Shown here one piece after another: positions 20,879 to 30,907 of a stretch of 64,000 bases of DNA. The stretch comes from Anaerolineaceae bacterium. GTDB lineage: Bacteria > Chloroflexota > Anaerolineae > Anaerolineales > Anaerolineaceae. The number at the start of each line of letters is the position of its first letter. Position 1 is the stretch's first letter. Made by a program: the position numbers and the translations under genes. The stretch lies in assembly GCA_034429195.1 (NCBI GenBank), contig DAOUGQ010000007.1, positions 251,899-315,898 of the forward strand, in the 5' to 3' direction. The notes below the pieces were generated by a model. It searched no databases. It was not told the DNA's origin and worked only from the letters and a program-made list of their open reading frames with translations.

Positions 20879-23378
20879 GATCTGGGTATGGCATTTCGTT
20901 GGCATTTTCAAGAAATTCAACCCGGTTTCTCCCATTCTCTTTTGCGTTGTAAAGCGCTTTATCGGCTGTAGCGATCAATTGCTGCACATTGGTTGTTGAA
21001 TTCTCCAGAGTCGCTACTCCCAAACTAATTGTTGTTTGAATGGGTCCATAAGCAGAATTAATGACGGTATTGTTTACCATTTTCCTGATCCGTTCTGCTG
21101 CTGAGACCGCACAGGAAAGAGTTGTTTCTGGTAGAAGAAAAACAAATTCCTCTCCGCCATACCGTCCAGCAAGATCCATTTTACGGAGAACAGAAAGGAA
21201 GCATTCGACTGATAATGTGCGTAATACCTGGTCTCCGATCATGTGACCATAAGTATCGTTTATATTTTTAAAATGATCAATATCCACCATGACCAGAGAA
21301 AGAGGTCGATTGTATCGAATGGCACGGTCTACTTCGATCTCACCCAGGTTAAAAAATTGATGTCGGGTTAACAATCCAGTCAGAGTATCTGTGGTAGCCA
21401 GATGTTCCATTTCTGCATACAGGAGAGAATTAACGATGGCAGTTGCAACTGGTGCAGAAAAAGCAACCGCAATGTTTGCATCATCTTGATTAAAATGATT
21501 TAAATCTTTGCTATCGAAAGTGAGCATGCCGATTATTTTGCTCTTGTACTTTAATGGAATTCCCATCCATGAGTGTATTGACTTCAGGTGCTCAGCGTGG
21601 AACCCTTCATACTTATCCTGAACATCATCAACGATAAAAGGAGCACCTGTTTCAGATACAACTCTGTTTGGGTTATTTTCATTTAGAGAGAAACGGCTGC
21701 CAGCCAGTTCTACATTGTGAGGAAATCCAAAAGTATTCAGAATAACCATACTATCTTCATCGACTAACAGCACACTTGCACTATCGAATGAAAGCACCTT
21801 GTTCGCTTGCTCAAGGATCAATTTCGAAACCTGGTCAAGCTGTAATGTTGAGGAAAGGACCAGCCCGACCTGCCTCAATGCTTCTGTGACCCTTTGAGCT
21901 TTCTTTTCAGCTTCATATAATCTCTTCCGATCTGTAATATCCCGGCAAACGGCAATTGCGCCTTCGAAATTTCCTTCACCATCCTTAAGATAATGAGTGA
22001 CTACTTCCAGCCAGATGTATTCTTTACTCGCATGTTTAAAACGAAATTCATGGACAAGTGCAGTTTTGGGATCTAATTGATTTAAAGCGGTAGAAATCCC
22101 ATTTTTAATTTCTACATAGTCAGTGGGGATCATAAAGTCGTAAATCGATCGTCCAATCAGTTCGTCAGGAGAATATCCCAGTAAATCTTTTACAGAAGGG
22201 CTGATGTAGCTCAAATGCATCTGAGCATCAAACTCCATGATGACATCCAGCATATTATCAGTGATCCTTCTAAGCTGGTTCTCACTACGAGCAAGTTCAT
22301 CTTCTGCATGCTTCCGGCGGGTGATATCTTGCAGAATCAATAAATACCCGTGATTTTTATTCTTTTTATCCTTCAATGCAGATACGCGCAGATCGATTAT
22401 TGTACCCGGTATATCAGGAACAGAAATTTCTACATTAATTTCATCATTAACAGTGCTAAGAGCAGGGAATAGTGGCCAATGAGAAAATACTGCCTTAGCT
22501 GTAGTTCCAATAACCTCACTTGCTTTCCTGGTAATTATCTTGCAGGCTGCAGAATTAATATCAATAAATCTTTCTTGCGCATCCAACACAATCACGCCAT
22601 CTCGCATCATATCCACAACAGCACTTCGGGCAATAGGCACAAGATCAAGCAGATTAAAACGAAGTACAGCCCATATTAAAACAAGACCACTGATAGTGAA
22701 CGCTACACATGATAAATCAACCCCTGGGATTGGCGAAAGATCCAGCATGTAAATCACATTTCCTACCCAGGGAAAAATTGAGCCTATCAATACCATCACC
22801 CCCTGGTAACGATAAACTCCTTTGTGCGTAATCGTATTAATGAGCACCAGAATAAAACCGAATAAAAGACAGAGATAAAAATAACTGGTGGCAATCCACA
22901 ATCCAATGCCATGTCCGTATTCAACAAGGAAACTGTCACCAAAAGGATATGTAACAAATTTTGTCCAGATCAGGTGATGAAAATCATTTGTAAAAGCAAG
23001 AATGATCGTGATTACAGGTATCAACCACATCAAGAGAAAGTATTCTTTTTTCCGCCATTTTGTGTGGTTGGTATATTCAAGTGCAAAAATGAGATACGAA
23101 ACAGGCACTGTTGTAATACCAAAATATTGAAACCGTGAAAGCCAGATTCTGACGATCAGGGAAGAAGCGGTAAACTCCAATGCAGTAAAAAATGACCAGA
23201 TGGTAACGCCCAGCATCAGGCAAGCCAGCTGCAATCCCCCAGTCGTGTTTCGACGGCGCCATGCCATCCCTGTCAAAATGGCAGCCACAATCGCAGTAAT
23301 AAATATAGTAATAATAATTAGATCAAGTTGCCAATTCATAAAAAAAATAGTGAAAATAAGATGAATGGATTTTAACAT
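20862..23378 (-). CDS. Membrane sensor diguanylate cyclase (N-terminal 7TM, PAS, PAS, GAF, GGDEF)
   Basis: N-terminal multi-TM region, PAS-like segments, a GAF-like segment, and a C-terminal GGEEF active site with RYNRPLSLVMVDIDHFKNIND. Confidence 0.85.
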   Translation of the reverse strand: MLKSIHLIFTIFFMNWQLDLIIITIFITAIVAAILTGMAWRRRNTTGGLQLACLMLGVTIWSFFTALEFTASSLIVRIWLSRFQYFGITTVPVSYLIFALEYTNHTKWRKKEYFLLMWLIPVITIILAFTNDFHHLIWTKFVTYPFGDSFLVEYGHGIGLWIATSYFYLCLLFGFILVLINTITHKGVYRYQGVMVLIGSIFPWVGNVIYMLDLSPIPGVDLSCVAFTISGLVLIWAVLRFNLLDLVPIARSAVVDMMRDGVIVLDAQERFIDINSAACKIITRKASEVIGTTAKAVFSHWPLFPALSTVNDEINVEISVPDIPGTIIDLRVSALKDKKNKNHGYLLILQDITRRKHAEDELARSENQLRRITDNMLDVIMEFDAQMHLSYISPSVKDLLGYSPDELIGRSIYDFMIPTDYVEIKNGISTALNQLDPKTALVHEFRFKHASKEYIWLEVVTHYLKDGEGNFEGAIAVCRDITDRKRLYEAEKKAQRVTEALRQVGLVLSSTLQLDQVSKLILEQANKVLSFDSASVLLVDEDSMVILNTFGFPHNVELAGSRFSLNENNPNRVVSETGAPFIVDDVQDKYEGFHAEHLKSIHSWMGIPLKYKSKIIGMLTFDSKDLNHFNQDDANIAVAFSAPVATAIVNSLLYAEMEHLATTDTLTGLLTRHQFFNLGEIEVDRAIRYNRPLSLVMVDIDHFKNINDTYGHMIGDQVLRTLSVECFLSVLRKMDLAGRYGGEEFVFLLPETTLSCAVSAAERIRKMVNNTVINSAYGPIQTTISLGVATLENSTTNVQQLIATADKALYNAKENGRNRVEFLENANEMPYPDLIKPL

Positions 23379-23429
23379 GAAGCAAGCTTTTCATTACACA
23401 AAAAAGCTTACAATTACTCTTCAAAAAAC

Positions 23430-23458
23430 TTGACATAATAACCGAATTATATGATAAT
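23430..23458 (+). promoter_or_regulatory. Sigma-70-like promoter for the ArsR-family gene
   Basis: TTGACA (23430-23435), a 17-nt spacer, then GATAAT (23453-23458). Confidence 0.4.
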
Positions 23459-23502
23459 ATTTTCATCTTAATCGAATTGTTTTTACAATTTTAGGTTTGT
23501 TT

Positions 23503-24081
23503 ATGGATATAAATTCAATCCCCGACGAGATGCTTCAGTTCTTTAAAGCGCTGGCAGACGCCAATCGGTTAAAGATAATAGGCTTGCTTTCACAACAACC
23601 CTGTACGGTTGAACAGCTTGCTGCCATGCTTGGGTTGAGTAAGTCCACTACTTCACATCACCTTTCTTTTCTTGCAAAAGCGCACCTGGTGGAAGCACGT
23701 GCTGATGGGCATTATTTCTACTATTCTTTATGCACTGAGACGCTCGAAAAAATGTCAAAGAAGCTATTACAACGAGATTCTTTGCCAACACTGGCTGATT
23801 CCGTGGATATGGAAGCGTATGATCGCAAGGTATTGCAAACATTCACTGATTCTGAAGGACGGATAATTGCATTTCCTTCTCAGTTAAAAAAATACCAGGT
23901 TCTGTTGAAATATGTTGTAAAAGCATTCGAACCAGGTATTCGCTATTCAGAAAAACAGGTAAACGAGATACTATCTCGCTTCAATGAAGATACTGCTGAT
24001 CTACGAAGAGGATTGGTAGAGTTTAAACTCATGGCACGCGAGGGTGGTGGAGGAGAATATTGGCGTCTGGATACGCCTTAA
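23503..24081 (+). CDS. ArsR-family HTH regulator fused to a DUF2087-like C-terminal domain
   Basis: The ArsR signature is FKALADANRLKIIGLL...CTVEQLAAMLGLSKSTTSHHL. The C-terminal half resembles DUF2087. Confidence 0.75.
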   Translation: MDINSIPDEMLQFFKALADANRLKIIGLLSQQPCTVEQLAAMLGLSKSTTSHHLSFLAKAHLVEARADGHYFYYSLCTETLEKMSKKLLQRDSLPTLADSVDMEAYDRKVLQTFTDSEGRIIAFPSQLKKYQVLLKYVVKAFEPGIRYSEKQVNEILSRFNEDTADLRRGLVEFKLMAREGGGGEYWRLDTP

Positions 24082-24126
24082 GATATATTCTCATCTCAAC
24101 ATACTGTGGCAAAATACCACCAACGC

Positions 24127-24948
24127 TTACTTTGTCTTTCGAATGGTTGCATCCAGCTCCGCCAAATCAATCCGGGCAGTCATATCCAATTGTAGCGGGG
24201 TGATCGAGATCATACGGTCGTGTCGTAAAGTATAAATATCTGAATCTTTACTCACCAGGTCAAAACGATCCACGGGATGCCCTTCAATATAGGCGGGATG
24301 ATCCCAGTTTCCTTTTCTATTCAGGTAAGGCTCAAAATACCGGTGCTCACCAAGGCGGGTAATCCTCCATGGAGTCTCAGGTGTCGCATCATGGGGTACA
24401 TCAAGTTTGATAAGGTCCACACCATTTGGCAGACCGTGGGTTAAGATCCATTTTGCGAGCCTATGAGTATAGTTGGCTGCGGTAGAAAAGTTGATGTCGG
24501 TTGGATTATTTCGGTAATCCTGGATATTGATCATCTCCAAAGAAGCAGCAATAGCAGGAACACCCATCGCAGCTGCTTCCATGGCAGCGCCAACCGTACC
24601 AGAAACCGTAATGGAATTACCCAGATTCTCTCCGTAATTGATACCCGAAACCACCAGATCAGGCTTGACATCCATGACTTCCAGCAAGGCGTGCATCACC
24701 ACTTGGGCTGGGGTACCACCAATGGCATGCACTGTCCAGGATTGATCGCCAATTTGCAATTGCTTCACCAGGATGCGCCCATCATAGAACGTTGGCATAC
24801 TTCGGCCGCTGGCTGAAACCTGGTCGCGTGGAGCGGCTACGGTCACAAAACCGAGGGAGGAAAGAGCTTCAGCAGCAGCCCACAAACCGGGCGATTCGAT
24901 ACCATCATCATTAGTCAATAAGATTTGTTTTCGTTTTGGTTTTGCCAT
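24127..24948 (-). CDS. surE: 5'/3'-nucleotidase SurE
   Basis: The N-terminal ILLTNDDGIESPGL is the SurE signature. Confidence 0.9.
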   Translation of the reverse strand: MAKPKRKQILLTNDDGIESPGLWAAAEALSSLGFVTVAAPRDQVSASGRSMPTFYDGRILVKQLQIGDQSWTVHAIGGTPAQVVMHALLEVMDVKPDLVVSGINYGENLGNSITVSGTVGAAMEAAAMGVPAIAASLEMINIQDYRNNPTDINFSTAANYTHRLAKWILTHGLPNGVDLIKLDVPHDATPETPWRITRLGEHRYFEPYLNRKGNWDHPAYIEGHPVDRFDLVSKDSDIYTLRHDRMISITPLQLDMTARIDLAELDATIRKTK

Positions 24949-24960
24949 ATGAATACCTTT

Positions 24961-25001
24961 CCCTTTTTAAAACGAAGAGCGGTTATTATTATAACCGCTC
25001 T
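24961..25001 (-). terminator. Intrinsic terminator downstream of tRNA-Arg
   Basis: 11-bp stem AGAGCGGTTAT-tatt-ATAACCGCTCT (24976-25001). On the minus strand it is followed by TCGTTTT. Confidence 0.6.
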
Positions 25002-25008
25002 ATAAGTG

Positions 25009-25082
25009 TGCCCCCGGCAGAACTCGAATCTGCAACCTTTTGCTCCGCAAGCAGACGCTCTATCCAATTGAGCTACGAGGGC
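25009..25082 (-). tRNA. tRNA-Arg, anticodon GCG by manual folding
   Basis: Reverse-strand sequence GCCCTCGTAGCTCAATTGGATAGAGCGTCTGCTTGCGGAGCAAAAGGTTGCAGATTCGAGTTCTGCCGGGGGCA. It folds with a 7-bp acceptor stem, D arm GCTC/GAGC, T arm GCAGA-TTCGAGT-TCTGC and anticodon loop TTGCGGA. No CCA is encoded. Confidence 0.8.
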
Positions 25083-25242
25083 AGGTAAGCTTGCATACCA
25101 AATATACCTCGTACTGGAAGAATCGTCAAGACGATTTACAACAGACAACAGGTCAACTGTAATAAAGAATGTGCTGGTACTTCAGCCTCTTCTTTAAAAA
25201 TTCGACTTCTGAATTTTTTGGAATTTCAGGTGTCGGTGTTCT

Positions 25243-25926
25243 TTAAACCTGATAACTCTCTCCCGGTTTGAGAACCACTACTTCTGTTTTCGTCTGAGTA
25301 CGAACCTGTTCAGCCCATTTGTCAGCATCCTGGGCAATCAATTCCCAGGTGGAATAATGGATCGGGATAACAGCTCTGGGTTGTAGTAATTTGACAGCCC
25401 GCAGGGCGTCTGATGGTCCCATGGTGAAGTTATCGCCGATGGGAATCACCGCCAGATCGATACCTTCCTCACCGATCAATCGCATATCGCCAAATAGGCC
25501 GGTATCTCCTGCCAGGTAGATCTTCTTGCCCGATGCTAGGGTGATTAAGAAACCAGCCGGATTACCACCACAACTGCCATCCGGCAGGCAGGAACCATGT
25601 AGCGCCATCGTCAACTTTACATACCCAAAGGGATAAGAGAAACCCCCTCCTAGATGTTGTGAATGGGTCTTCACTCCGAATTTCTTCATCCAATCAGCAA
25701 TCTCTGCATTGCAGATAACCATAGCATCACATCGCTTGGCAATCGTAACAGCTTTACCAACATGGTCGCCATGTCCGTGAGTGACTAGGATGTAATCAGC
25801 CGCGATAGTATCTGGATTTGAAAATGAGGCAGCTGGATTCGGGAAAAAAGGATCTACCAGTAAAGTGGTACCCTCTATCTCAAGTTGCAATGCGGCATGC
25901 CCCAGCCATGTGATCTTGTAATCCAT
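25243..25926 (-). CDS. Metal-dependent hydrolase, MBL fold (UPF0173 family)
   Basis: HGHGDH motif; 227 aa, typical of UPF0173. Confidence 0.8.
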   Translation of the reverse strand: MDYKITWLGHAALQLEIEGTTLLVDPFFPNPAASFSNPDTIAADYILVTHGHGDHVGKAVTIAKRCDAMVICNAEIADWMKKFGVKTHSQHLGGGFSYPFGYVKLTMALHGSCLPDGSCGGNPAGFLITLASGKKIYLAGDTGLFGDMRLIGEEGIDLAVIPIGDNFTMGPSDALRAVKLLQPRAVIPIHYSTWELIAQDADKWAEQVRTQTKTEVVVLKPGESYQV

Positions 25927-25938
25927 GCTTTCCTCCGC

Positions 25939-26757
25939 TCATTTCGAATTTTTCTTTTGGATTTCATCCAACAATAATGGATGGAGTGCGGGATTGGCTA
26001 CCAGAACATTGCAGGGGTGTATCAGGTAATTGGAGCCACCCAACAAGTCGGTAACTTTACCTCCTGCTTCTTCAACGATAACTGCACCTGCAGCAATATC
26101 CCAGGAATGGATGGAGTTTGTCCAGAAGCCATCAAGTCTACCGGCAGCTACATAAACCATATCCAAAGCAGCAGAACCCATGCGCCGCACACCCTGCGTA
26201 ATTCTGGATAAATGCACAAACAATTCAAGAGAAACACGTCTTTTTTCGCCTTCGTCAACAGGGAAACCTGTCACCAGCAAGCTGTCGATCAATCTACTGG
26301 CATTGGCAACATGGATGGGTTCACCATTCAATGTGGCACCCTTTCCATGTTCAGCAGCAAAACATTCATCCCGCATGGGATCATAGACTACTCCCATTAC
26401 TGCCTTGCCATGCTCGGTAAATGCCACTGAAACACAAAAAATTGGCAGGCTGTGGGCATAATTCATCGTACCATCCAGCGGATCTATGTGCCAGCAGGCT
26501 CCGTCATCCCCTTTTAGAAATCCACTTTCCTCCGTCATTATGGCATGGTCAGGAAAATTGCTGCGTATCTGTTCGAGCAGGTAGGTTTCTGATTTCTTAT
26601 CCATTTCGGTTACCAGATCTATTGCACCTTTGTGATGGATCTGGTGCTCTTTGCCAAAGCCTTCGCGCAGAATCGCACCTGCCTGGGTTGCCCATTGGGT
26701 CATCTGATTTAGTGTAGGTTTCATAATATCTCGTTCCTCAAAAAATTCATCTTTCAT
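25939..26757 (-). CDS. Inositol monophosphatase family protein
   Basis: Motifs WHIDPLDGT and WDIAAG. The true start may be the ATG at 26724, which has GAGGAA upstream. Confidence 0.85.
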   Translation of the reverse strand: MKDEFFEERDIMKPTLNQMTQWATQAGAILREGFGKEHQIHHKGAIDLVTEMDKKSETYLLEQIRSNFPDHAIMTEESGFLKGDDGACWHIDPLDGTMNYAHSLPIFCVSVAFTEHGKAVMGVVYDPMRDECFAAEHGKGATLNGEPIHVANASRLIDSLLVTGFPVDEGEKRRVSLELFVHLSRITQGVRRMGSAALDMVYVAAGRLDGFWTNSIHSWDIAAGAVIVEEAGGKVTDLLGGSNYLIHPCNVLVANPALHPLLLDEIQKKNSK

Positions 26758-27382
26758 ACCGCATTTCTGCAGCTAATTGCTCAAAATATGCCACCAGTGA
26801 TTCATGACGTTGTTGCGCCATCGCCCGGGCTGAAGGGGTAAATAACTTCTCGCGTATGTGGATTAATTTAAAAAGGTATTCGTGATATGCGCTGTGAGGT
26901 TCTCCTGGCTCATGCTCTCCGCTGCGGAGAAAAAGTTCTGAAGGTTCCGCAAATACAGGTTGGTCTGCCAGCACTGCATAGGCAATGGTACGGGCGGTAC
27001 CAATGGCACCGATCACATCCATTTTATCTGCATCAAAGATGATCTTCGCCTCCAACGTCTGGGGTTTGTTGCCATCTCCACGATAGCGATGAGAACGGAT
27101 GCAATGCTGCACGGCTTTGATCCTTTCAGGCTGCCATCCTTCCTCTGTTAGCACTATTCCGGCAAACTCTGCAGATGCAATATGATGCCCTTTTCGTTCT
27201 TCGGTTCCTGGTGCCGCACCTTTTACATCGTGCAGAAGAGCTGATGCCGCTACTATTTCCTTATCAGCCCCTTCCATTTCTGCCAGCTTCATCGCGGTAT
27301 GGTAGACACGGAGCACATGCTCAAAATCATGCGCGGCATCCGTCTGTTCGTACCACTTCTTAACCTTCTCAATGCTCACCAC
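26747..27382 (-). CDS. HD-domain phosphohydrolase
   Basis: HD motif LLHDV plus a histidine upstream. I chose the GTG at 27382, just after GAGGTGG. The track start at 27457 would overlap hutI by 89 nt. Confidence 0.65.
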   Translation of the reverse strand: MVSIEKVKKWYEQTDAAHDFEHVLRVYHTAMKLAEMEGADKEIVAASALLHDVKGAAPGTEERKGHHIASAEFAGIVLTEEGWQPERIKAVQHCIRSHRYRGDGNKPQTLEAKIIFDADKMDVIGAIGTARTIAYAVLADQPVFAEPSELFLRSGEHEPGEPHSAYHEYLFKLIHIREKLFTPSARAMAQQRHESLVAYFEQLAAEMRYER

Positions 27383-28652
27383 ATTCCACCTCGATATGTT
27401 CTGTGATGGGATATATTTTTCCTTTTTTAATGACTGTATCCACCAGGTTGCTGCCAAAACGATACATTAGTTGGCGATAATCATCCACCGACAGGATCAG
27501 AAGGTCTGCCTGTTTACCGGGTTCGATCGAACCCAGCCTGTCAGCTCGTTGAATGGCAGCTGCAGCGTTGATGGTTGCGGCTGTCAGTGCTTCTGCGGGG
27601 GTTATTTTCATATACCTGCATGCAAGCGCCATAACAAACTGCATATTCTCACACCATGCCGTACCCGGGTTGAGATCGGTTGCCAGCGCCAGTATTCCGC
27701 CTGAATCAATGATGGCTCGTGCTGCGGTGTAATGCTGGTCTGCCAAACCAAAGGGTGTACATGGCAAAGATACCGCTACAGTATTGCTCTTTGCCAGAAG
27801 GCGGAGTTCTTCGGGAGGAGTTTTCACCAGATGGTCGGCAGAGGCTGCTTTAAGTTCGACTGCCAGCCGGGTGCCGCCCAATGCTTCAAATTCATCCACG
27901 TGAATTTTCAACGGGAAGCCCAACGCTTTCGCTTTCAAGAAAATCTTCCAGGTTTGCTCCAGAGAAAATGCGCCTTTTTCGCAGAATGCATCTACAAAAG
28001 GTAAAGGAAGATTGGAGGCATACTTCTTCCACCATTCCAGAACTGCAGGAAGCATTTCAGTGCAAAGAATATTGGTGTATTTATCTGGATCATTTTTATA
28101 TTCAGGGGCGATGTCATGCGCACCCAGAAAAGTGGGGACAAGTTCCAGGGGGCAAACCTCGTTAAGCTTCAAAATGGTCTGTAACTGGTCAAGTTCAGCG
28201 CGGATTTCCAACCCATACCCGCTTTTCGCTTCTGCGGTAGTGGTGCCATACGAAAACATCCTGCGCGCTCGCGGCAGAGCCTGCTTTACCAACTCTTCCA
28301 CGCCAGCTTCCCGGGTGGCTCGTACTGTAGAAGCGATCCCGCCACCGGCTGCCATGATCTCCATGTAAGTTTTACCCTGGAGACGCATTTCGAATTCTGC
28401 CGCCCTGTCTCCCGCCCAAATTAAATGCGTGTGAGGGTCAACAAATCCGGGAACAATCGCTTTCCCTCTCGCGTCCAATTTTTCCTCTTCAGGGTAGGCT
28501 GCTTGAAGTTCTGACGAGAGTCCCACTGCTTCAATTTTTCCATCCCGTATTAAAACAGCCCCGTCAGCCAGGATGTTCAAATCGTTCATGCGAGCACCCC
28601 TGCGAACTCCACCAGCAAGGGTAACTAACTGTGAAGCAGAATGAATGAGCAT
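27369..28652 (-). CDS. hutI: Imidazolonepropionase-type amidohydrolase
   Basis: PGFVDPHTHLIWAGDRAAEFEMRLQGKTYMEI..GGGI..TVRATR matches HutI as I remember it. No hutU or hutH is nearby. Confidence 0.7.
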   Translation of the reverse strand: MLIHSASQLVTLAGGVRRGARMNDLNILADGAVLIRDGKIEAVGLSSELQAAYPEEEKLDARGKAIVPGFVDPHTHLIWAGDRAAEFEMRLQGKTYMEIMAAGGGIASTVRATREAGVEELVKQALPRARRMFSYGTTTAEAKSGYGLEIRAELDQLQTILKLNEVCPLELVPTFLGAHDIAPEYKNDPDKYTNILCTEMLPAVLEWWKKYASNLPLPFVDAFCEKGAFSLEQTWKIFLKAKALGFPLKIHVDEFEALGGTRLAVELKAASADHLVKTPPEELRLLAKSNTVAVSLPCTPFGLADQHYTAARAIIDSGGILALATDLNPGTAWCENMQFVMALACRYMKITPAEALTAATINAAAAIQRADRLGSIEPGKQADLLILSVDDYRQLMYRFGSNLVDTVIKKGKIYPITEHIEVECGEH

Positions 28653-28655
28653 GTC

Positions 28656-29735
28656 TTAATCCTCTTCCGTTTCTGTTCTTTTAGGTATATAGGCAATTAA
28701 TTCAACTACTTTTTCTGCCAGAGAATTGATCTCTGGCAGGTTGGCTTGCTCGATTTTACCCGTATCGCCTAACCGTGTAATTTCTGGGGTAATAGGCAGA
28801 TGTGCTAACACTTCGCTTTGAGCTGCCAAAGCGATCTCGTTGGAGTGGCTTTCACCAAAGAGGAAGTATTCTTTCCCCGTATCAGGAGCGCGGAAGAAAC
28901 TCATATTTTCCACCACCCCCAAGAAGGGGATGTGCAATGCAGCGATCATGCCCACTGCTTTCCTGACCACCATGGCTGCCAGTTCCTGTGGAGTTGTTAC
29001 CAGCAGCACACCCTGGAGCGGCAGCCGTTGCGTTACGGTCAGCGCGGCATCCGAAGTTCCAGGAGGAAGGTCCACCAGCAGGTAATCCAAATTTCCCCAT
29101 AGCGTATCAGTCCAAAATTGCTGAATGACCCCGGTGATCAATGGTCCCCGCCAGATGACAGGAGCATCTTCATCTCTTAATAAAAGATTAGTTGAAACCA
29201 CCTTGATCCCGCTCTGGGTCACAGCGGGTAATATTCCCTGTTCTGTTCCTCGCAGCCCGCCAGAAGGCAGCCCAAACAACCGCGGAATGCTCGGACCTGT
29301 GATGTCAGCATCCAAAATGCCAACCTTCTTTCCCTGTCTGCATAACGCTACAGCCAGCATGGCAGTTACAGAAGATTTGCCTACCCCGCCTTTCCCACTC
29401 ATGATCGCAATGAGATGATCCACTTTATTGAATTGGGTCAATTTTGGCAGGATCGTCTTTTTTGGCATGATGCGAGCCAGTTCTTCTTTGGTCATCTCGC
29501 CAAAGGTGATCTCAACCTGCCGCACACCGGGAAGCGCCATCACTGCCTGCCGTGCATCACTTGCGAGCCTGTCCTTCAGGGGACAGCCGGGGGTGGTCAA
29601 TGCCAGGGTGAATTTTACCCGCCCAAAATGATTGATCTCCAGGTTACGGATCATATTCAGTTCTACTAAATTTCGGTTCAGCTCGGGATCCATTACTTTG
29701 GATAAGACGTTATACACCTGTTTTTCATCAACCAT
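28656..29735 (-). CDS. Mrp/NBP35/ApbC Fe-S cluster carrier ATPase with an N-terminal DUF59 domain
   Basis: Deviant Walker A SGKGGVGKSS and a DUF59-like N-terminus. The ATG at 29735 lies downstream of GAGGAGG. Confidence 0.85.
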   Translation of the reverse strand: MVDEKQVYNVLSKVMDPELNRNLVELNMIRNLEINHFGRVKFTLALTTPGCPLKDRLASDARQAVMALPGVRQVEITFGEMTKEELARIMPKKTILPKLTQFNKVDHLIAIMSGKGGVGKSSVTAMLAVALCRQGKKVGILDADITGPSIPRLFGLPSGGLRGTEQGILPAVTQSGIKVVSTNLLLRDEDAPVIWRGPLITGVIQQFWTDTLWGNLDYLLVDLPPGTSDAALTVTQRLPLQGVLLVTTPQELAAMVVRKAVGMIAALHIPFLGVVENMSFFRAPDTGKEYFLFGESHSNEIALAAQSEVLAHLPITPEITRLGDTGKIEQANLPEINSLAEKVVELIAYIPKRTETEED

Positions 29736-30190
29736 GAGAGAAAAATTCCTCCTCAAAGATTATACCTTTGAAAAGTCTGAACCATCCAAACAGGGTGTAT
29801 TTCAGTAAACATGGAAAGAAATATCTTCCATCGAACAAAAAGCAACGAGACAATCTACTCCCCTCTCATTGATGCTTCGCAAAGCCATTTTAGACAGATC
29901 TGAACCGAATGACATGATTACCCCTCCATCTATGATACGTGAACCCTGCTGTTGCTAAATTGTTTTAGGGAGACGATCTGAATTTCTATACTGCCTGTAT
30001 TTCCTCCCTGAATGAATCATTATGGGAAGATGCGGGGAGAAAGTCAAGAGGGATCAGCTCCAGTATCTTGACAGGGTGCGATTGCTCTACTCTGGAAATT
30101 AGTAGAGAAGACTGTACCCATCCTGCTGTTCTGGCGAGCTAATGGACCTTTGCAATTTCCTGATTAACCAGACTGTCTTTTCTTGTGGAT

Positions 30191-30775
30191 TTAAACTGCC
30201 AACGCCTTTTTTAATTTTGCTATAGCGGTTTGTAAAACGATATGTGCTGGTTCATTTTCAGGAGGGCTAATTTCCCCCCGTTCTAATTTGCCAGAATAAT
30301 CATCCTCAGGTAGATCTTCATCATTATCATTATCATCATCTTCATAATAATCTTTTGTACTTACAATAAAATTGAGTGCATCCTGCAGGCTACCCTGGGC
30401 ATTCGGATATACCACAGATGTGGTTACCAGGTACTTCCAATCATCATCTCGTGGTTCACTCCCTCCACTTACAAAATATCGCTCACCCTGATACTTGATT
30501 TCGGGGGTATATATTCGTTCTAAAAATTCAAGTGCCTCCGGGTTGCCTGATTCACCAAGCGTTTCGATGGCTTTTAATGAATCATCCAGATGATAATATT
30601 CCGGCTCTGGAGTATGTTCATAGGATTCCTTAGCCGTTTTCCAGCTCCACCAATGAGGTTTGACATCTCTATAACGGATTTCAGTGGGATATCGCAGTCG
30701 AATGCCACCATTAACGATGTTGATCAGCTCATGAATAGATTCAGTAACCATAATTGCTTTTGAGTTTTTATTCAA
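30191..30775 (-). CDS. Hypothetical protein with a strongly acidic tract
   Basis: 194-aa ORF containing YYEDDDNDNDEDLPEDDY and a HEAT-like LGESGNPEALEFLERIY segment. Confidence 0.4.
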   Translation of the reverse strand: MNKNSKAIMVTESIHELINIVNGGIRLRYPTEIRYRDVKPHWWSWKTAKESYEHTPEPEYYHLDDSLKAIETLGESGNPEALEFLERIYTPEIKYQGERYFVSGGSEPRDDDWKYLVTTSVVYPNAQGSLQDALNFIVSTKDYYEDDDNDNDEDLPEDDYSGKLERGEISPPENEPAHIVLQTAIAKLKKALAV

Positions 30776-30907
30776 CGATTATTTTAGCAGGTGTAGCAAT
30801 AATATGGTAGAAAATTCGCCTGTTTCTTAAACAATAACATTGGGGGGGAGTGGCTACATTCAAATAAGCTAGCGTATTGCATTTAGGAATATTTTTACAA
30901 TCTTAAT

